From an uncultured Candidatus Entotheonella sp. (GTDB lineage Bacteria > Tectomicrobia > Entotheonellia > Entotheonellales > Entotheonellaceae), in assembly GCA_965215335.1 (NCBI GenBank), contig CBDCDA010000002.1, forward strand, positions 1,152,001 to 1,216,000: a stretch of 64,000 bases of DNA. Reading direction: 5' to 3'. Made by a program: the position numbers and the translations under genes. Below are positions 53,987-64,000 of the stretch, in pieces. How positions within the stretch are numbered: position 1 is the stretch's first letter; each line of letters opens with the position of its first letter. The notes under the pieces were generated by a model. That model made no database searches. It saw only the letters and a program-made list of their open reading frames with translations, and had not been told where the DNA came from.

Positions 53987-55156
53987 ATGTCTCGAACCAC
54001 GTTGGCTGATCCCCTGGCAGCAGCGCTTGACCTGCTGCCCCAGGTGCGCGCGGTGCGCGACGAGCTGGAGGAACTCCGTCACCTGCCGAGCGACCTGGCG
54101 CGGGCGCTCGGCGATGCCGGGCTGTTCCAGCTTTACCTCCCCCGTGCCATTGGCGGCGCGGAAACCCCACCGCTCAAGACGTTCCGGGTCATTGAAGAAC
54201 TCTCCAAAGTCGAGGGTTCCGTGGGGTGGTGCGTCATGATCGCCAACAGTGTCTCGCTGTTCACCGGCTGGCTGGCGCCGGACGTCGGGCGCGCCATGTT
54301 CGGACAGCCGCCGGTGGCGCGCATGGCCGGCTCGGTTCGACCCGAAGGCAGGGCGCGGGCCGTGGATGGAGGTTACCGTGTCTCGGGGCAATGGAATTTC
54401 GCCAGCGGGGTGCACCATGCCAACTGGCTGTTTTGCACGTGCACCGTCATGGACGGCGACACGCCGCGGCGGTCCGCCAATCAGGCGCCGGTGATCCGTT
54501 CGATGTACATCCCGGCGAAAACGGCCACGATCAAGGACACGTGGTCGGTGGTCGGCATGTGCGGCACGGGAAGCCACGATTTCGTGATTGACGACGTCCT
54601 TGTGCCGGAGACGCACGCCTTTTCACTCTATGAACCGCCCAAGGTCGTTGCCCCCCTGTATCACCCGCGCCTGGTTCTGGTGGCTGCCTGGACGAACACG
54701 GCGGCCAATGCCTTGGGCATCGCCCGCGGCGCCATGGACACCTTCGTCGAATTGGCGGGGCAAACCGGCTCGACGAATTCGGCCACCCTGTTGCGCGACC
54801 GGCCTTTGGTGCAGTCGCGCATCGCCGAAGCGGAGGCCATCCTGGGAGCGGCGCGGGCCTACGTGCTGGAGTCGGTCGGGGCGGCGTGGGATGCGGTATG
54901 CGCGCAGGCGCCCGATCCGGGACGAGAAATCGCCCGCGCACGGCTCGCCATCACCCATGCCATGTACGAAGCGGTGCGGGCCGTGGACCTGGTGTTCCAC
55001 ACCGCCGGCACCAACGCCGTGTACCGCAAGCACGCGCTGGAGCGCTATTTCCGGGATATCCACGTTGCCGTGCAGCACGCCGCCGGGCTGGCGGCGCACG
55101 TCGAGTCGGCAGGGAAGGCGCTTCTGGGGCTGCGTCCAACTGATCTTGGGTGGTGA
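53987..55156 (+). CDS. Acyl-CoA dehydrogenase-fold flavin-dependent monooxygenase (HsaA-like)
   Basis: GQWNFASG, WSVVGMCGTGSHD, LERYFRD, QH. Confidence 0.88.
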   Translation: MSRTTLADPLAAALDLLPQVRAVRDELEELRHLPSDLARALGDAGLFQLYLPRAIGGAETPPLKTFRVIEELSKVEGSVGWCVMIANSVSLFTGWLAPDVGRAMFGQPPVARMAGSVRPEGRARAVDGGYRVSGQWNFASGVHHANWLFCTCTVMDGDTPRRSANQAPVIRSMYIPAKTATIKDTWSVVGMCGTGSHDFVIDDVLVPETHAFSLYEPPKVVAPLYHPRLVLVAAWTNTAANALGIARGAMDTFVELAGQTGSTNSATLLRDRPLVQSRIAEAEAILGAARAYVLESVGAAWDAVCAQAPDPGREIARARLAITHAMYEAVRAVDLVFHTAGTNAVYRKHALERYFRDIHVAVQHAAGLAAHVESAGKALLGLRPTDLGW

Positions 55157-55161
55157 TCCGT

Positions 55162-55707
55162 TTACGGGTCAAGGTTGTCTTGCGCGCTCTCCTCCTCGAA
55201 CATCTCCTTGATGTTATCCAAGCCCATCTGATAAATGCCACGCAGCGTTTCGGAGATCTCGGTGCCGCCGTCTTCAAAGGCGTCGGCATCGATCTGGCCT
55301 ATCCACTCGACGACGGAAGTTCCGGGGTCCGTGGCGGGGTACACCCTGAGCGTGGAACGGTAGCGGGCGTCGGCCAGAAAGCCCTTGCTCATGATGTAGG
55401 TGAAATGGCTCGGGCCCTGATCGGCCATGGGTTCGTCGAGCTTCATGCCGTCCTCGAACGTGAGGTAGCGGATCGAGCCAACCCCCTTACCGCTGGTCAT
55501 GACGCAATCGACAACGACGGGCAGGTACTTGGGCACGTCGCAGAAGCCGCCGATCTCTCCCCACACGGTTTCGGTGGGGGCATTCACCTGGATCCAGGTG
55601 TAAACGTTGAGGTTCCTCGCGGATGCCGTGCCGGCGCCCAGTATCAGAGTGACGGCCGCCGCGCCGAGCAGCCGGCGCATCGTTCGCTGCAGGCATGTCT
55701 GATTCAT
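55162..55707 (-). CDS. Exported SRPBCC/polyketide cyclase family protein
   Basis: Signal peptide ending ASA; VWGEIGGF, GVGSIR, C-terminal helix IYQMGLDNIK. Confidence 0.8.
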   Translation of the reverse strand: MNQTCLQRTMRRLLGAAAVTLILGAGTASARNLNVYTWIQVNAPTETVWGEIGGFCDVPKYLPVVVDCVMTSGKGVGSIRYLTFEDGMKLDEPMADQGPSHFTYIMSKGFLADARYRSTLRVYPATDPGTSVVEWIGQIDADAFEDGGTEISETLRGIYQMGLDNIKEMFEEESAQDNLDP

Positions 55708-55909
55708 TTCCAGCTTTCCTCCTCGCTTTCCTCGATTGATTTCGCCCATATCCGACTTTCCGTGAAACAGGCGGCTGCCGAGCGGGCGGCAGCATAGCCG
55801 TTGCTACCCCAGGGGTCAATACCCCGGTTGCGTTGCGGCAAGAGTTGGCATAAGGTGAGGCCCGCCGCAGGGACATCGTGTCAGGAGCGATTCAGAAGGA
55901 GAACCAGCC

Positions 55910-56341
55910 ATGGCGAAGATCAAGCACATCGCCCTTTCGACGCAGAACCCGGACGAGACAGCCAGGTTTTACACGGAGGTGTTTGGCCTGGAGGAGATCG
56001 CCAGGCTCGACGGTCCGGGGGCTTCCGGCTATTACCTCAGCGACGGCGACATCAATATCGCCATTCTCAAGTTCAAGAACGATGCCGTGGCCGGAACGGA
56101 GCGTGGCAAGGAATGGAGCGGCCTGCACCACATCGGTTTCCAGGTGGAAAGTCTGGAGGACATCGCGGCCAAGCTGGGCGCCGCCGACGCGGCGCCGCGC
56201 GACGACATCAACCAGGCGCTCGGCGTAGGGATGGGGCGCCCGCATCATGCCAACGTCGAGGTCAAGTACAGCGGACCGGACGGCGTCATTGTCGACGTGT
56301 CGGAGACCGGCTGGGTGGGCACGTCGCCGCTGCAGAGCTGA
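55910..56341 (+). CDS. VOC/glyoxalase family protein
   Basis: IKHIA, FYTEVFGL, GLHHIGF, GPDG. Confidence 0.9.
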   Translation: MAKIKHIALSTQNPDETARFYTEVFGLEEIARLDGPGASGYYLSDGDINIAILKFKNDAVAGTERGKEWSGLHHIGFQVESLEDIAAKLGAADAAPRDDINQALGVGMGRPHHANVEVKYSGPDGVIVDVSETGWVGTSPLQS

Positions 56342-56996
56342 TCCCCCGGGACGGTCCGTACAGCAATCCTTGCAGGGTCTCCAGGCACGATGCCGTGTCC
56401 TCGAACACGATGCCGTGCATGCCCAATGCTCGCGCGGCTGCGACGTTCGCCGGGAGGTCGTCGACAAACACACAGGCGGACGCCGGCAGGGCCAGCATGG
56501 CGAGGATGGCTTCATACGCCGCGGCGTCCGGCTTTGTCACGCCAATCTCGGCGGAAATGGCGACGTGGTCGAAGCGCCGCACGAGATCCTGTGCCTCGAG
56601 CATGCCGCGCAGGTCGGTGCTGAAATTGCTCAGCAGCCCCGATGCCATGCCCTGTTGACGCAGGTGGTCGATGCAGGCCAGCAACTGGTGGTCGAGAATG
56701 TCCCCGCCGTAAAACGACGCCCGTAACCCGTGCACTTGCGATTCGCTCAGCCCCAGCGCCTCTCCTACGGCCTGCCAGTGCGTATCCGAGCTCATATCAC
56801 CGTTTTGCGCCGCCACCCATAACCGCTGGTCGTGCACCGCCGTCGTCAGGGCGCCCGGCGCCAGGCCGAGGTTCCGTTCCCAGGCCGCCCGCGGTTCCGG
56901 GTCCACAGTCCGGGCCAAGACGCCGCCGTAGTCGAAGATAACGGCCTCGATGCCATTGCCTCGCATGCTGGATTTCCTCGAAAGCCGTGCGCTCAT
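56286..56996 (-). CDS. HAD-superfamily phosphatase
   Basis: FDYGGV, LSN, KPD, FVDD; GGAGG RBS. Confidence 0.88.
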   Translation of the reverse strand: MSARLSRKSSMRGNGIEAVIFDYGGVLARTVDPEPRAAWERNLGLAPGALTTAVHDQRLWVAAQNGDMSSDTHWQAVGEALGLSESQVHGLRASFYGGDILDHQLLACIDHLRQQGMASGLLSNFSTDLRGMLEAQDLVRRFDHVAISAEIGVTKPDAAAYEAILAMLALPASACVFVDDLPANVAAARALGMHGIVFEDTASCLETLQGLLYGPSRGISSAAATCPPSRSPTRRQ

Positions 56997-57163
56997 CGCT
57001 GTCCCCTCCGCGTTATGCCACACTGCCACACTGTCATTATGCACCGTTACATGAGGTTGTCCAAATCGGTGCGAGCGTGCCGCCGCACCGCAACTTTACA
57101 AGGCCCGGCAACCGTGGCATTCTGAAAAGCTTGTGGTTACGGGTCTCCGAGGAGGGCAGGGGC

Positions 57164-58489
57164 GTGTCGGTCGTCGATCAGAAACGGTTGCCGGTGGACA
57201 TTTTCAAGCTCGACGCCGCACGCCTCCGGCAGGGCTGGTACAGTGATCACTACTTCAACAACAGCACCTTCATCCTGGGTTCACTGGCCGAGCAAGGCTA
57301 CCGCTTTCGGGGTGCTTGCGCCGCGCTCGCCGAGCAAGGCGTTGACGTGTCCCAGGTCGACGTCGGCGACATCGACGTCGACCTGCAGTACTTCACGCGC
57401 CGGGCGCCGTTTTCCCTCGTTGCCGGGGTGGACGAGGCGCTGGCCATGTTCAAGCTCTGCACCGGATTCCATGACGACCAGGGGCGCTTCATCAACACTG
57501 CCGAGAACCTGGAAATCGACGCCGTGCATGACGGCGCCAGGGTGGCGCCCTGGGAGCCCGTCATGCGGGTGCGGGGCCGCTACCGCGACTTCGCCATTCT
57601 GGAAACATCGACCCTCGGCGCCCTGTCCAGGCGCACCCGCATCGCCACCAACGTCTATCAGGCCCTACAGGCGTCCGGCGGCAAGCCGCTGCTGTTTTTC
57701 CCCGCCCGCTTCGACATCTACGAAGCCCAGGCCGGGGACGGCTACGCCTACCGGGTCGCCGTTGACGTGTGGAACCTCGAGCGGCATGAGACCCTCGATG
57801 CGTACATCTCCACCGCAGCGCAGGGCGATTGGTGGGGCGGCAAAGGCAGTGGCACCATGGCCCATGCCTACCTGCTCTGCTTTCTCCGCGACACCGTGGA
57901 GGCCACCCTGCAGTTCGCGTCCCTGCTGCCAGCGGAGACCAAGCGCGTGGCCCTGGTCGACGTCAACAACGACTGCGTCGGCGACAGCGTCCAAACCGCG
58001 GTCGCCATGTTCCAGCGCTACCGGGAGCACGTGGAAGCCGGGCGGCCCGAGGACGCCGGGCGCTACGTCCTGTTCGGTGTGCGGCCCGACACGCCGGGTG
58101 ACATGGTCGACGTCAGCGTGGCCCCGCTGGGAGACCCCATGCTGGACTGCGGTGTGAATCCCCGTCTGGTGCGCAACATCCGCGAAGCCCTGGATACCCT
58201 GGCCGACCGTATCGACCTGCCATACGGCTGGTTGGATCGCGCCCGGCGCTATTTCCGCAGCATCAAGATCGTGGCCACGGGCGGCTTCACCCCGCAGCGC
58301 ATCCGGCAGTTCGAGACGCTGCGCGTGCCGGTGGACGTTTACGGGGTGGGCTCGTTTTTCTTCGAAGGCGAAAACAACGACTTCACGGCTGACGTCGTGC
58401 GGGTGAAGATCGACGGCGAGTGGCATGACATGGCGAAGAAGGGCCGGGGGGCGCGCCAGAGCGCTCAGGTGCGGCCCGTCGTTTATTGA
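57164..58489 (+). CDS. pncB: Nicotinate phosphoribosyltransferase
   Basis: YSDHYF, FFPARF, GTMAH, ALVD, GVRPD, ATGGF, YGVGS. Confidence 0.82.
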   Translation: MSVVDQKRLPVDIFKLDAARLRQGWYSDHYFNNSTFILGSLAEQGYRFRGACAALAEQGVDVSQVDVGDIDVDLQYFTRRAPFSLVAGVDEALAMFKLCTGFHDDQGRFINTAENLEIDAVHDGARVAPWEPVMRVRGRYRDFAILETSTLGALSRRTRIATNVYQALQASGGKPLLFFPARFDIYEAQAGDGYAYRVAVDVWNLERHETLDAYISTAAQGDWWGGKGSGTMAHAYLLCFLRDTVEATLQFASLLPAETKRVALVDVNNDCVGDSVQTAVAMFQRYREHVEAGRPEDAGRYVLFGVRPDTPGDMVDVSVAPLGDPMLDCGVNPRLVRNIREALDTLADRIDLPYGWLDRARRYFRSIKIVATGGFTPQRIRQFETLRVPVDVYGVGSFFFEGENNDFTADVVRVKIDGEWHDMAKKGRGARQSAQVRPVVY

Positions 58490-58520
58490 GCGAGGCATCC
58501 AGCCGACGGAAGAGGAGCGT

Positions 58521-59396
58521 GTGCGCGCGTTAGTCGTTTACAAGAAGAGTCACTACGAACTCTACGAGTCGCGGACGGGTATCGGGACCCTGCGCAAGCA
58601 GGTGCATCCGTTCGTTCAGACCATGAAGTCGAGTCATGATGCGAATCAGCGTACGCTGGCTGCCGTGCATCGGGCTTTCGAGGCCGTGGGGGTATCCTAC
58701 GACTGCATCTATCGCGGGGCGTTGCGCAGTGTGGAAGGCTACGACCTGTTGTGCAGCGTCGGGGGCGACGGGACCTTTCTGGAAGTGGCGCGGCACAGCG
58801 TGGCGACGCCGGTGCTGGGGATCAATTCCGATCCGCAGCGCAGCATCGCCTTGTTCTGCGCCGCCGATCAGGGGACGGTCCAGAAGCGCCTGGAAGCCGC
58901 CCTGGCGGGTGACCTGCACGAGGTACGGCTGGCACGCCTGCAGGTGACCGTCAACGGGGAGCCGCTTGGCTACTACGCTCTGAACGACTTGCTGTTCTGC
59001 CACGCCAACCCTGCCGCCATGACGTCATACACCCTGCGGCTGGGCGACGTGAAGGAGGCACAGAAGAGTTCCGGTGTGTGGTTCGCCAGCGCCGCGGGGT
59101 CCACCGCCGCCATCCGGTCGGCGGGCGGGCGTCGGCTGCCTTTGCGTTCGCGTCGCCTGCAGTATCTGGTGCGCGAACCGTACATTGCCGACGGTTCGCC
59201 CTATCGCCTCGGCAAAGGGCTGGTGGCGCCGGGCGCACAGGTGGAATTGACCTCGAAGACGCGCCAAGGGCGGCTTTACATCGATGGGTCGCACCGCCAC
59301 GTGCCTTGCGGCCTGGGCGACGTGATGCAGGTGAGCACTGTCGCTCCACCCCTCCGCGTGCTCGGCCTCGACGCCCGTCGGCGTCAGCGGTTCTGA
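58521..59396 (+). CDS. nadK: NAD(+)/NADH kinase
   Basis: GGDGTFL, GINSD, ALND, SSG, AGSTA. Confidence 0.88.
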   Translation: MRALVVYKKSHYELYESRTGIGTLRKQVHPFVQTMKSSHDANQRTLAAVHRAFEAVGVSYDCIYRGALRSVEGYDLLCSVGGDGTFLEVARHSVATPVLGINSDPQRSIALFCAADQGTVQKRLEAALAGDLHEVRLARLQVTVNGEPLGYYALNDLLFCHANPAAMTSYTLRLGDVKEAQKSSGVWFASAAGSTAAIRSAGGRRLPLRSRRLQYLVREPYIADGSPYRLGKGLVAPGAQVELTSKTRQGRLYIDGSHRHVPCGLGDVMQVSTVAPPLRVLGLDARRRQRF

Positions 59397-59434
59397 GGCG
59401 ATGCTTTCCCACCCGTTGAAAAAAGGATGATCCC

Positions 59435-61066
59435 TTGAGCGACGTTGCAAGCGCGATGATCGATGTGTTGGCCGAGGCCGGTGTGCGGCACGTCTTCGGC
59501 GTGCCGAGTGGTCCTTGGGCGCCGTTCATGGACGCCATGCGGAGCGGACCGGTGGCGTTCGTGCTGACGAGCACGGAGGCCGCCGCCGGGTTCATGGCCG
59601 ACGTGTGCAGCCGTCTCACCGGCAAGCCCGGCGCCTGTTATGGCACCTTTGGGCCGGGCGCCACGAATCTGTGCACGGGCGTCGGCGCTGCTTATCTGGA
59701 CCGCTCGCCGGTGCTGGCGTTCACGACCGAAGCGCCGGAAAGCATGCGGCACCGGACGCTTCAGATGCACATCGACCACCAGGCCCTGTTCGCACCGTTG
59801 ACCAAATGGACGACGCGCCTGTCGCCGACAACCGTGCGCCAGACGCTGCGGCGCGCCGTGCAGGTGGCGACGGCCGAGGTGCCCGGCCCGGTGCACGTCG
59901 GCCTGCCGGCGGACATCGGCAAGCAGGCAGCGGCGCCGGAGATGGGCAGCGCGCCCGTTCAGCAGGGGGCGGCGATGGCGGCTCCTGACGCGGCGCAACT
60001 GGAGCACATGGCGGATTTGTTGCGGCGGGCGAAACGCCCGCTGCTGGTGGTCGGACTGTCCTGCCTGCGGGCCGCGGGTCACGACGAGCTGGTGCAGCTC
60101 GTCGAGCGGCAGTGCTTGCCCGTCGTGTTCTCCCCCATGGCCAAGGGATTCATCAGTGAGCAGCATCCTACCTATGGCGGCGTTCTGTTTCACGCGCTGA
60201 GCGACGTCGTCGCCGAAACGATACGAGATGCCGACTTGGTGCTGGCCTTGGGGTACGATCCTATCGAGTTCAACTACGAGGATTGGCTGACCGCCGTGCC
60301 GCTCGTCCACGTCGATACGACCCCTGCCGATGTGGATGCCTCGTGCCACCTGGCGGCCGAGGTTGTCGGCGACATCGGCGCGGCGCTTCATTTCCTGGCG
60401 CAATTGCCGCCCCTGACGCATGCCTGGGACCTGTCGGCGTTGGAAGATCGGCGGCGACGCCTGTTCGATACCCTGACGGCGCCGCGCGCTTCCTTGTCCC
60501 CATCGCAAGTTGTGTCCGCGGTGCAGGAACTGTTGCCCGAAGATGGGTGGCTGGCCTGTGACGTCGGTGCGCACACCCATCTGATTGGCCAGTTGTGGCG
60601 CGCCTCAAGACCTGGGCAGTTGATCATGACCAACGGCTGGTCGTCCATGGGCTTCGGCATCCCGGCGGCCCTGGCCGCCAAGCTCTGCCAGCCGCAACAA
60701 AAGGTGGTGTGCATTACCGGGGATGGGGGATTCCTGATGATGGTAGGCGAAATGGCCACCGCCGTGCGGCTGGGGTTGGCGGTGGTGGTCGTCGTGCTGG
60801 TGGACCGGCACCTGCAGCTCATCACCGTCAAGCAGGAACGCCAGGGCTATCCCTGCTACGGTACGCCGCTGTTTCCCGCCGCTTATCCGTCGCCGTCGCA
60901 CTATTTCGGCGTTCCCGTGCTGCCGGCAACAACGGTTGCCGAGGTGCACGAGGCGATTGCCCAGGGGCTCGCCGCTTCCGGGCCCGTTATCGTCGAGGCG
61001 GCGGTCGATCCGTCGGAATACGACGAGATCATTCTGCGGCCCCACAAGCTCGCCAAGCGAGCATAA
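59435..61066 (+). CDS. Thiamine pyrophosphate-dependent enzyme (acetolactate synthase large subunit-like)
   Basis: VFGVP, GPGATN, PGPVH, SMGFGIP, TGDGG. Confidence 0.9.
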   Translation: MSDVASAMIDVLAEAGVRHVFGVPSGPWAPFMDAMRSGPVAFVLTSTEAAAGFMADVCSRLTGKPGACYGTFGPGATNLCTGVGAAYLDRSPVLAFTTEAPESMRHRTLQMHIDHQALFAPLTKWTTRLSPTTVRQTLRRAVQVATAEVPGPVHVGLPADIGKQAAAPEMGSAPVQQGAAMAAPDAAQLEHMADLLRRAKRPLLVVGLSCLRAAGHDELVQLVERQCLPVVFSPMAKGFISEQHPTYGGVLFHALSDVVAETIRDADLVLALGYDPIEFNYEDWLTAVPLVHVDTTPADVDASCHLAAEVVGDIGAALHFLAQLPPLTHAWDLSALEDRRRRLFDTLTAPRASLSPSQVVSAVQELLPEDGWLACDVGAHTHLIGQLWRASRPGQLIMTNGWSSMGFGIPAALAAKLCQPQQKVVCITGDGGFLMMVGEMATAVRLGLAVVVVVLVDRHLQLITVKQERQGYPCYGTPLFPAAYPSPSHYFGVPVLPATTVAEVHEAIAQGLAASGPVIVEAAVDPSEYDEIILRPHKLAKRA

Positions 61067-61103
61067 AAAAATCCGTCTGTCAGGACGCTGCCTGGCAGAC
61101 GGA
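61065..61103 (-). terminator. Intrinsic terminator of the cold-shock gene
   Basis: TCCGTCTGCCAGG...CCTGACAGACGGA followed by a T run on the minus strand. Confidence 0.75.
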
Positions 61104-61127
61104 CCGTTAAGCAGTACCGCTAACGCC

Positions 61128-61328
61128 TTACATCTTGTTGACGTTCGTGGCCTGCTCGCCCTTGGGACCGTTCACGACCTCGAATTCTACCTCTTCCCCT
61201 TCCGAGAGGGTCTTAAAGCCGTCGCCCTGGATCGCTGAGAAGTGCACGAAAATGTCTTTCTCACCCTCACGGGCAATGAAGCCATAGCCCTTGCGATCAT
61301 CGAACCATTTTACCGAACCTTTCGCCAT
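61128..61328 (-). CDS. Cold-shock protein (CspA family)
   Basis: VKWF, KGYGFI (RNP1), IFVHFSAI (RNP2); 66 aa. Confidence 0.97.
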   Translation of the reverse strand: MAKGSVKWFDDRKGYGFIAREGEKDIFVHFSAIQGDGFKTLSEGEEVEFEVVNGPKGEQATNVNKM

Positions 61329-61485
61329 GCGACGTTCTCCGTACCTTTGCACAAATCAGAACTACTCTGAGAACCGGCCAACAACCCTGCGATTCCCGCC
61401 AGCAGTGCAGAAGGGCTAAGGGGAATACCACAATGCAACCGGGCGTGCCCAAGAGCAATGCGTCCTGTAGTACCGCTAACCCTCT

Positions 61486-62040
61486 CTACATCAAACGCGG
61501 CACTATAGCAACGGCAGGCAGGGCTGTCAAGAATCGTTTGGGCAAGGATTCTCGCGGCTTCGGGCGTGTCGATTCACGCGAAAGTCGTTGCAGCGGATAA
61601 CGGCGTTCCTGCCATGCGGGCATGCCGCCTTCAAGCACCGCCATGTTGCGATGACCCTGCCGATACAGGTACTGATAGGCCAGACTGGCCAGGTGGTGCG
61701 GGCAGGTTCAATACAGCACCACGGGGATGTCTGTGGGGATTTCATCCAGGCTGTAGGGCAGGATGCCCAAGGGGATGGAAACGGCGCCGGGCAGGTGGCC
61801 GCGCGCGTAGTCGCCGTAGCCGCGCACATCGATGATCCTGAGAGGTACGCCGGCGTCGATGCGGGCTTTCAACCCATCAACGCCGGTGAATTTGACGGCA
61901 ATGTCCTGCGCGACCTTCTGCTGCGCAAACTGCGGATAGTCACGCGGGTCCGCCGAGACGGTTGCGGCGCAGGCAAGCCCGAGCATGAGAATGCCGCCGA
62001 CCAGGCTAAAGGCGCGGCGGCACGAGGTTCTGTCCGTCAT
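61486..62040 (-). CDS. Exported rhodanese-domain protein, probable selenoprotein (UGA at 61708-61710, codon 111)
   Basis: IIDVR...GHLPGA...VVLY-TGA-TCPHHLA...MAVLEGGMPAW; the domain is complete only with read-through, which ends at TAG 61486-61488. Confidence 0.8.
61502..61530 (-). promoter_or_regulatory. sigma70 promoter of the cold-shock gene (long 5' UTR)
   Basis: TTGACA-17 nt-TATAGT about 170 nt upstream of the start codon. Confidence 0.75.
61678..61690 (-). promoter_or_regulatory. Putative bacterial SECIS apical hairpin
   Basis: GGCCA-GUC-UGGCC begins 17 nt 3' of the UGA; loop starts with G. Confidence 0.55.
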
Positions 62041-62259
62041 GTGCTTCTCCTTGGTGGAAACGGCGTTACGCCAGGTGACGGCGTGTCCAAGCCGTGCAAT
62101 CCGGGGATTCTAACCAACCACCGAGGGACTGGAAAGGAATATCTCGGCGGCAGAAACGAGGCTTGTCAGGCGCGTAACGTCTATGGTATTAACGTGCTCT
62201 TCACCACAGATCAAGGGTCCATGAGGGTTTCACGTTCGCATGCGAAAAGGGAGACAGCG

Positions 62260-63588
62260 ATGCGGCAAGAGGGGCATGGGTGGCGAACAGGCGGGAACGT
62301 GTGGCGGCCGGGGACGATCACCCGCCGGCGCTTTGTCGGGGTTGGGGCGGCGTCGGTGGCCGCCGGCGCGCTTGGCGCCGCCATGCTGGTGCCGTCACCG
62401 TGGCGTCAGGTGTTCGGCTCCGAGAAGCCGATCAAGGTCGGCGGCATCCAGCCATTGACGGGACCCGCCGCCGGCGGTGGGCTGATGGCGAAGGTCGGAC
62501 AGGAAGTCGCCGCTGAACGCATCAACGCCGCGGGCGGCGTCAACGGGCGCCCCATCGAGCTGATCGTCGAAGACTCCGAAGGCAAGCCGGCCGCCGGCAT
62601 CCGCAAAACCCGCAAGCTGCTCACCCGCGACCGTATCGACGTGGGACAGGGCGGCTTCATGAGCAACGTGTGCATCGCCTGCATGCCCGAATACCGTCGC
62701 ACCCGCATCGTCAACATGATCGGCGTCTGCCTCGATACCACCATTACCACCTCGCGCTGCGACCGCTACACGTTTCGCCCCTTCGATTACGCCCCGGCGC
62801 AGGCGGTGGCCTTCGCGCCGTATCTGGTGAACAACATCGGCAAGAAATGGCACATCCTTTTTGCCGATTACGCCTGGGGCCAATCGACCCGCGACGCTTA
62901 CCGGGACGGCATCCAGAACCAGGGCGGCGAAGTGGTCGGCACCACCGGCATTCCGCTCGGCACGGCCGACATGGTGCCCTTTCTCAGCAAGATCAGGGGT
63001 GATTTCGACGGTCTGTTCATGATCTTTTTCGGCAAGGATGGCGTCAACGTGGTTACCCAGGCGCACAATATCGGTCTGCACAGGAAGTACCGTTTTGCCG
63101 GCGACGGCGCCGCCGTGGTGGCGGGCACGAATCTCCCGGCACAGAAGGAGAAGGCGCTTGGATTCGTCGGCATCGACCGCTATCTCCCGATCTTCCAGGG
63201 ACCGCTCGATACCGGACATCACAAGAAGTTTTTCGACGCCGTGTTCGAGCACTCGAAGAAATACGACCCACAGGGCATCCTGCCCGACCGCTACAGCCAG
63301 TCGAACTTCGAAGCCCTGAACGTCCTGAAAGTCGGCATGGAAGCCTGCGATTTCCGGGGCCGTTCGGATACCGAGAAACTCGTCGAAGCCCTGGAGGGGC
63401 TGCAAGTTTACGTCGGGGACGATTTTCCCACCGGCGACAAGCTGCTGCGCAAGGCCGACCACCAGGCTTTCACCAACGAGTACATCTTCGAGGTGGTGCA
63501 GGGTGACGGCGATACCTACCAGCCCAAGGTGCTGCAAGTCGTGCCGTGGCAGGACACGATCGTACCGCCGGCGTGCCAGTTTGCCTGA
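62260..63588 (+). CDS. Branched-chain amino acid-type ABC substrate-binding protein with Tat signal
   Basis: TRRRFV signal, IKVG..PLTG, INAAGGVNGRPIEL, DYAWG. Confidence 0.9.
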   Translation: MRQEGHGWRTGGNVWRPGTITRRRFVGVGAASVAAGALGAAMLVPSPWRQVFGSEKPIKVGGIQPLTGPAAGGGLMAKVGQEVAAERINAAGGVNGRPIELIVEDSEGKPAAGIRKTRKLLTRDRIDVGQGGFMSNVCIACMPEYRRTRIVNMIGVCLDTTITTSRCDRYTFRPFDYAPAQAVAFAPYLVNNIGKKWHILFADYAWGQSTRDAYRDGIQNQGGEVVGTTGIPLGTADMVPFLSKIRGDFDGLFMIFFGKDGVNVVTQAHNIGLHRKYRFAGDGAAVVAGTNLPAQKEKALGFVGIDRYLPIFQGPLDTGHHKKFFDAVFEHSKKYDPQGILPDRYSQSNFEALNVLKVGMEACDFRGRSDTEKLVEALEGLQVYVGDDFPTGDKLLRKADHQAFTNEYIFEVVQGDGDTYQPKVLQVVPWQDTIVPPACQFA

Positions 63589-63613
63589 CACCCGGACGCG
63601 CTAGCGAGGCGGC

Positions 63614-64000
63614 ATGAGCGACAGCACCCACCCCTTGATTACCGAAAAACTGACCATGCACTTCGGCGGCCTGGCGGCCCTGGAGGACATTGATCTGGTC
63701 GTCGAGCGGGGCACGACGCACGCCATCATCGGCCCCAACGGCGCCGGCAAGAGCACCTTCTTCAACTGCCTGACGGGCCTGTTGCGCCCGACCAGCGGGC
63801 GCGTCCTGCTGGAAGGCAAGGACATCACGGGCCTGCCGCCGGAGCGCATTTCGCAGCTCGGCGTGGCGCGCTCGTATCAGATCACCAATATCTTTCCTGG
63901 CTCCACCTGCCTGGAAAACGTCCGCGTTGCCGTGCAGTCTCGCCAGCCCGCCTCGTCGTTCCTGCGCCACCACCGCGCCGACGCGGCCGCGCTGGAAAGC
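63614..64000 (+). CDS. LivG-type ABC ATP-binding protein (partial, runs off window)
   Basis: [32 protein letters not shown]. Confidence 0.9.
   Translation, partial: MSDSTHPLITEKLTMHFGGLAALEDIDLVVERGTTHAIIGPNGAGKSTFFNCLTGLLRPTSGRVLLEGKDITGLPPERISQLGVARSYQITNIFPGSTCLENVRVAVQSRQPASSFLRHHRADAAALES

Noticed and set aside
56286..56341. 56-nt convergent overlap of the HAD and VOC genes
   Set aside because: The HAD tail is low-information; most likely stop-codon drift.
61588..62259. N-terminal 224 aa of the 666-aa ORF as a fused domain
   Set aside because: Antisense to the rhodanese gene; the real start is near 62260, before the Tat signal.

Overview
GC-rich bacterial chromosomal window with about 50 CDSs. 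No rRNA, tRNA or CRISPR array was seen. Gene content (paralogous SDRs, amidohydrolases and cyclases, Uma2 nucleases, heptad-repeat miniproteins) loosely recalls Tectomicrobia or sponge-symbiont genomes; this is inference only. Core content: norCBQD nitric-oxide reductase operon, mdh plus ACT-malic enzyme, ilvC, ggt, pgi, an RND efflux pair, msrA, pncB-NAD kinase, a cold-shock gene and the start of a liv-type ABC system. Accessory content: an IS701-like transposase, an AAA_21 ATPase plus nuclease-like pair, an IS481 scar, a MazEF-type TA module abutting a decayed restriction-modification system, a stand-alone DUF1998-type helicase and Uma2 genes. The two most notable signals are probable recoding events that the ORF track misses. 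(1) A MoxR/RavA-type AAA+-VWA fusion gene has an A10 run exactly at the domain junction, with nearby stops in both shifted frames, so one gene could make both a free ATPase and the ATPase-VWA fusion. (2) An exported rhodanese has TGA at its catalytic Cys codon followed by a SECIS-like hairpin, making it a probable selenoprotein.
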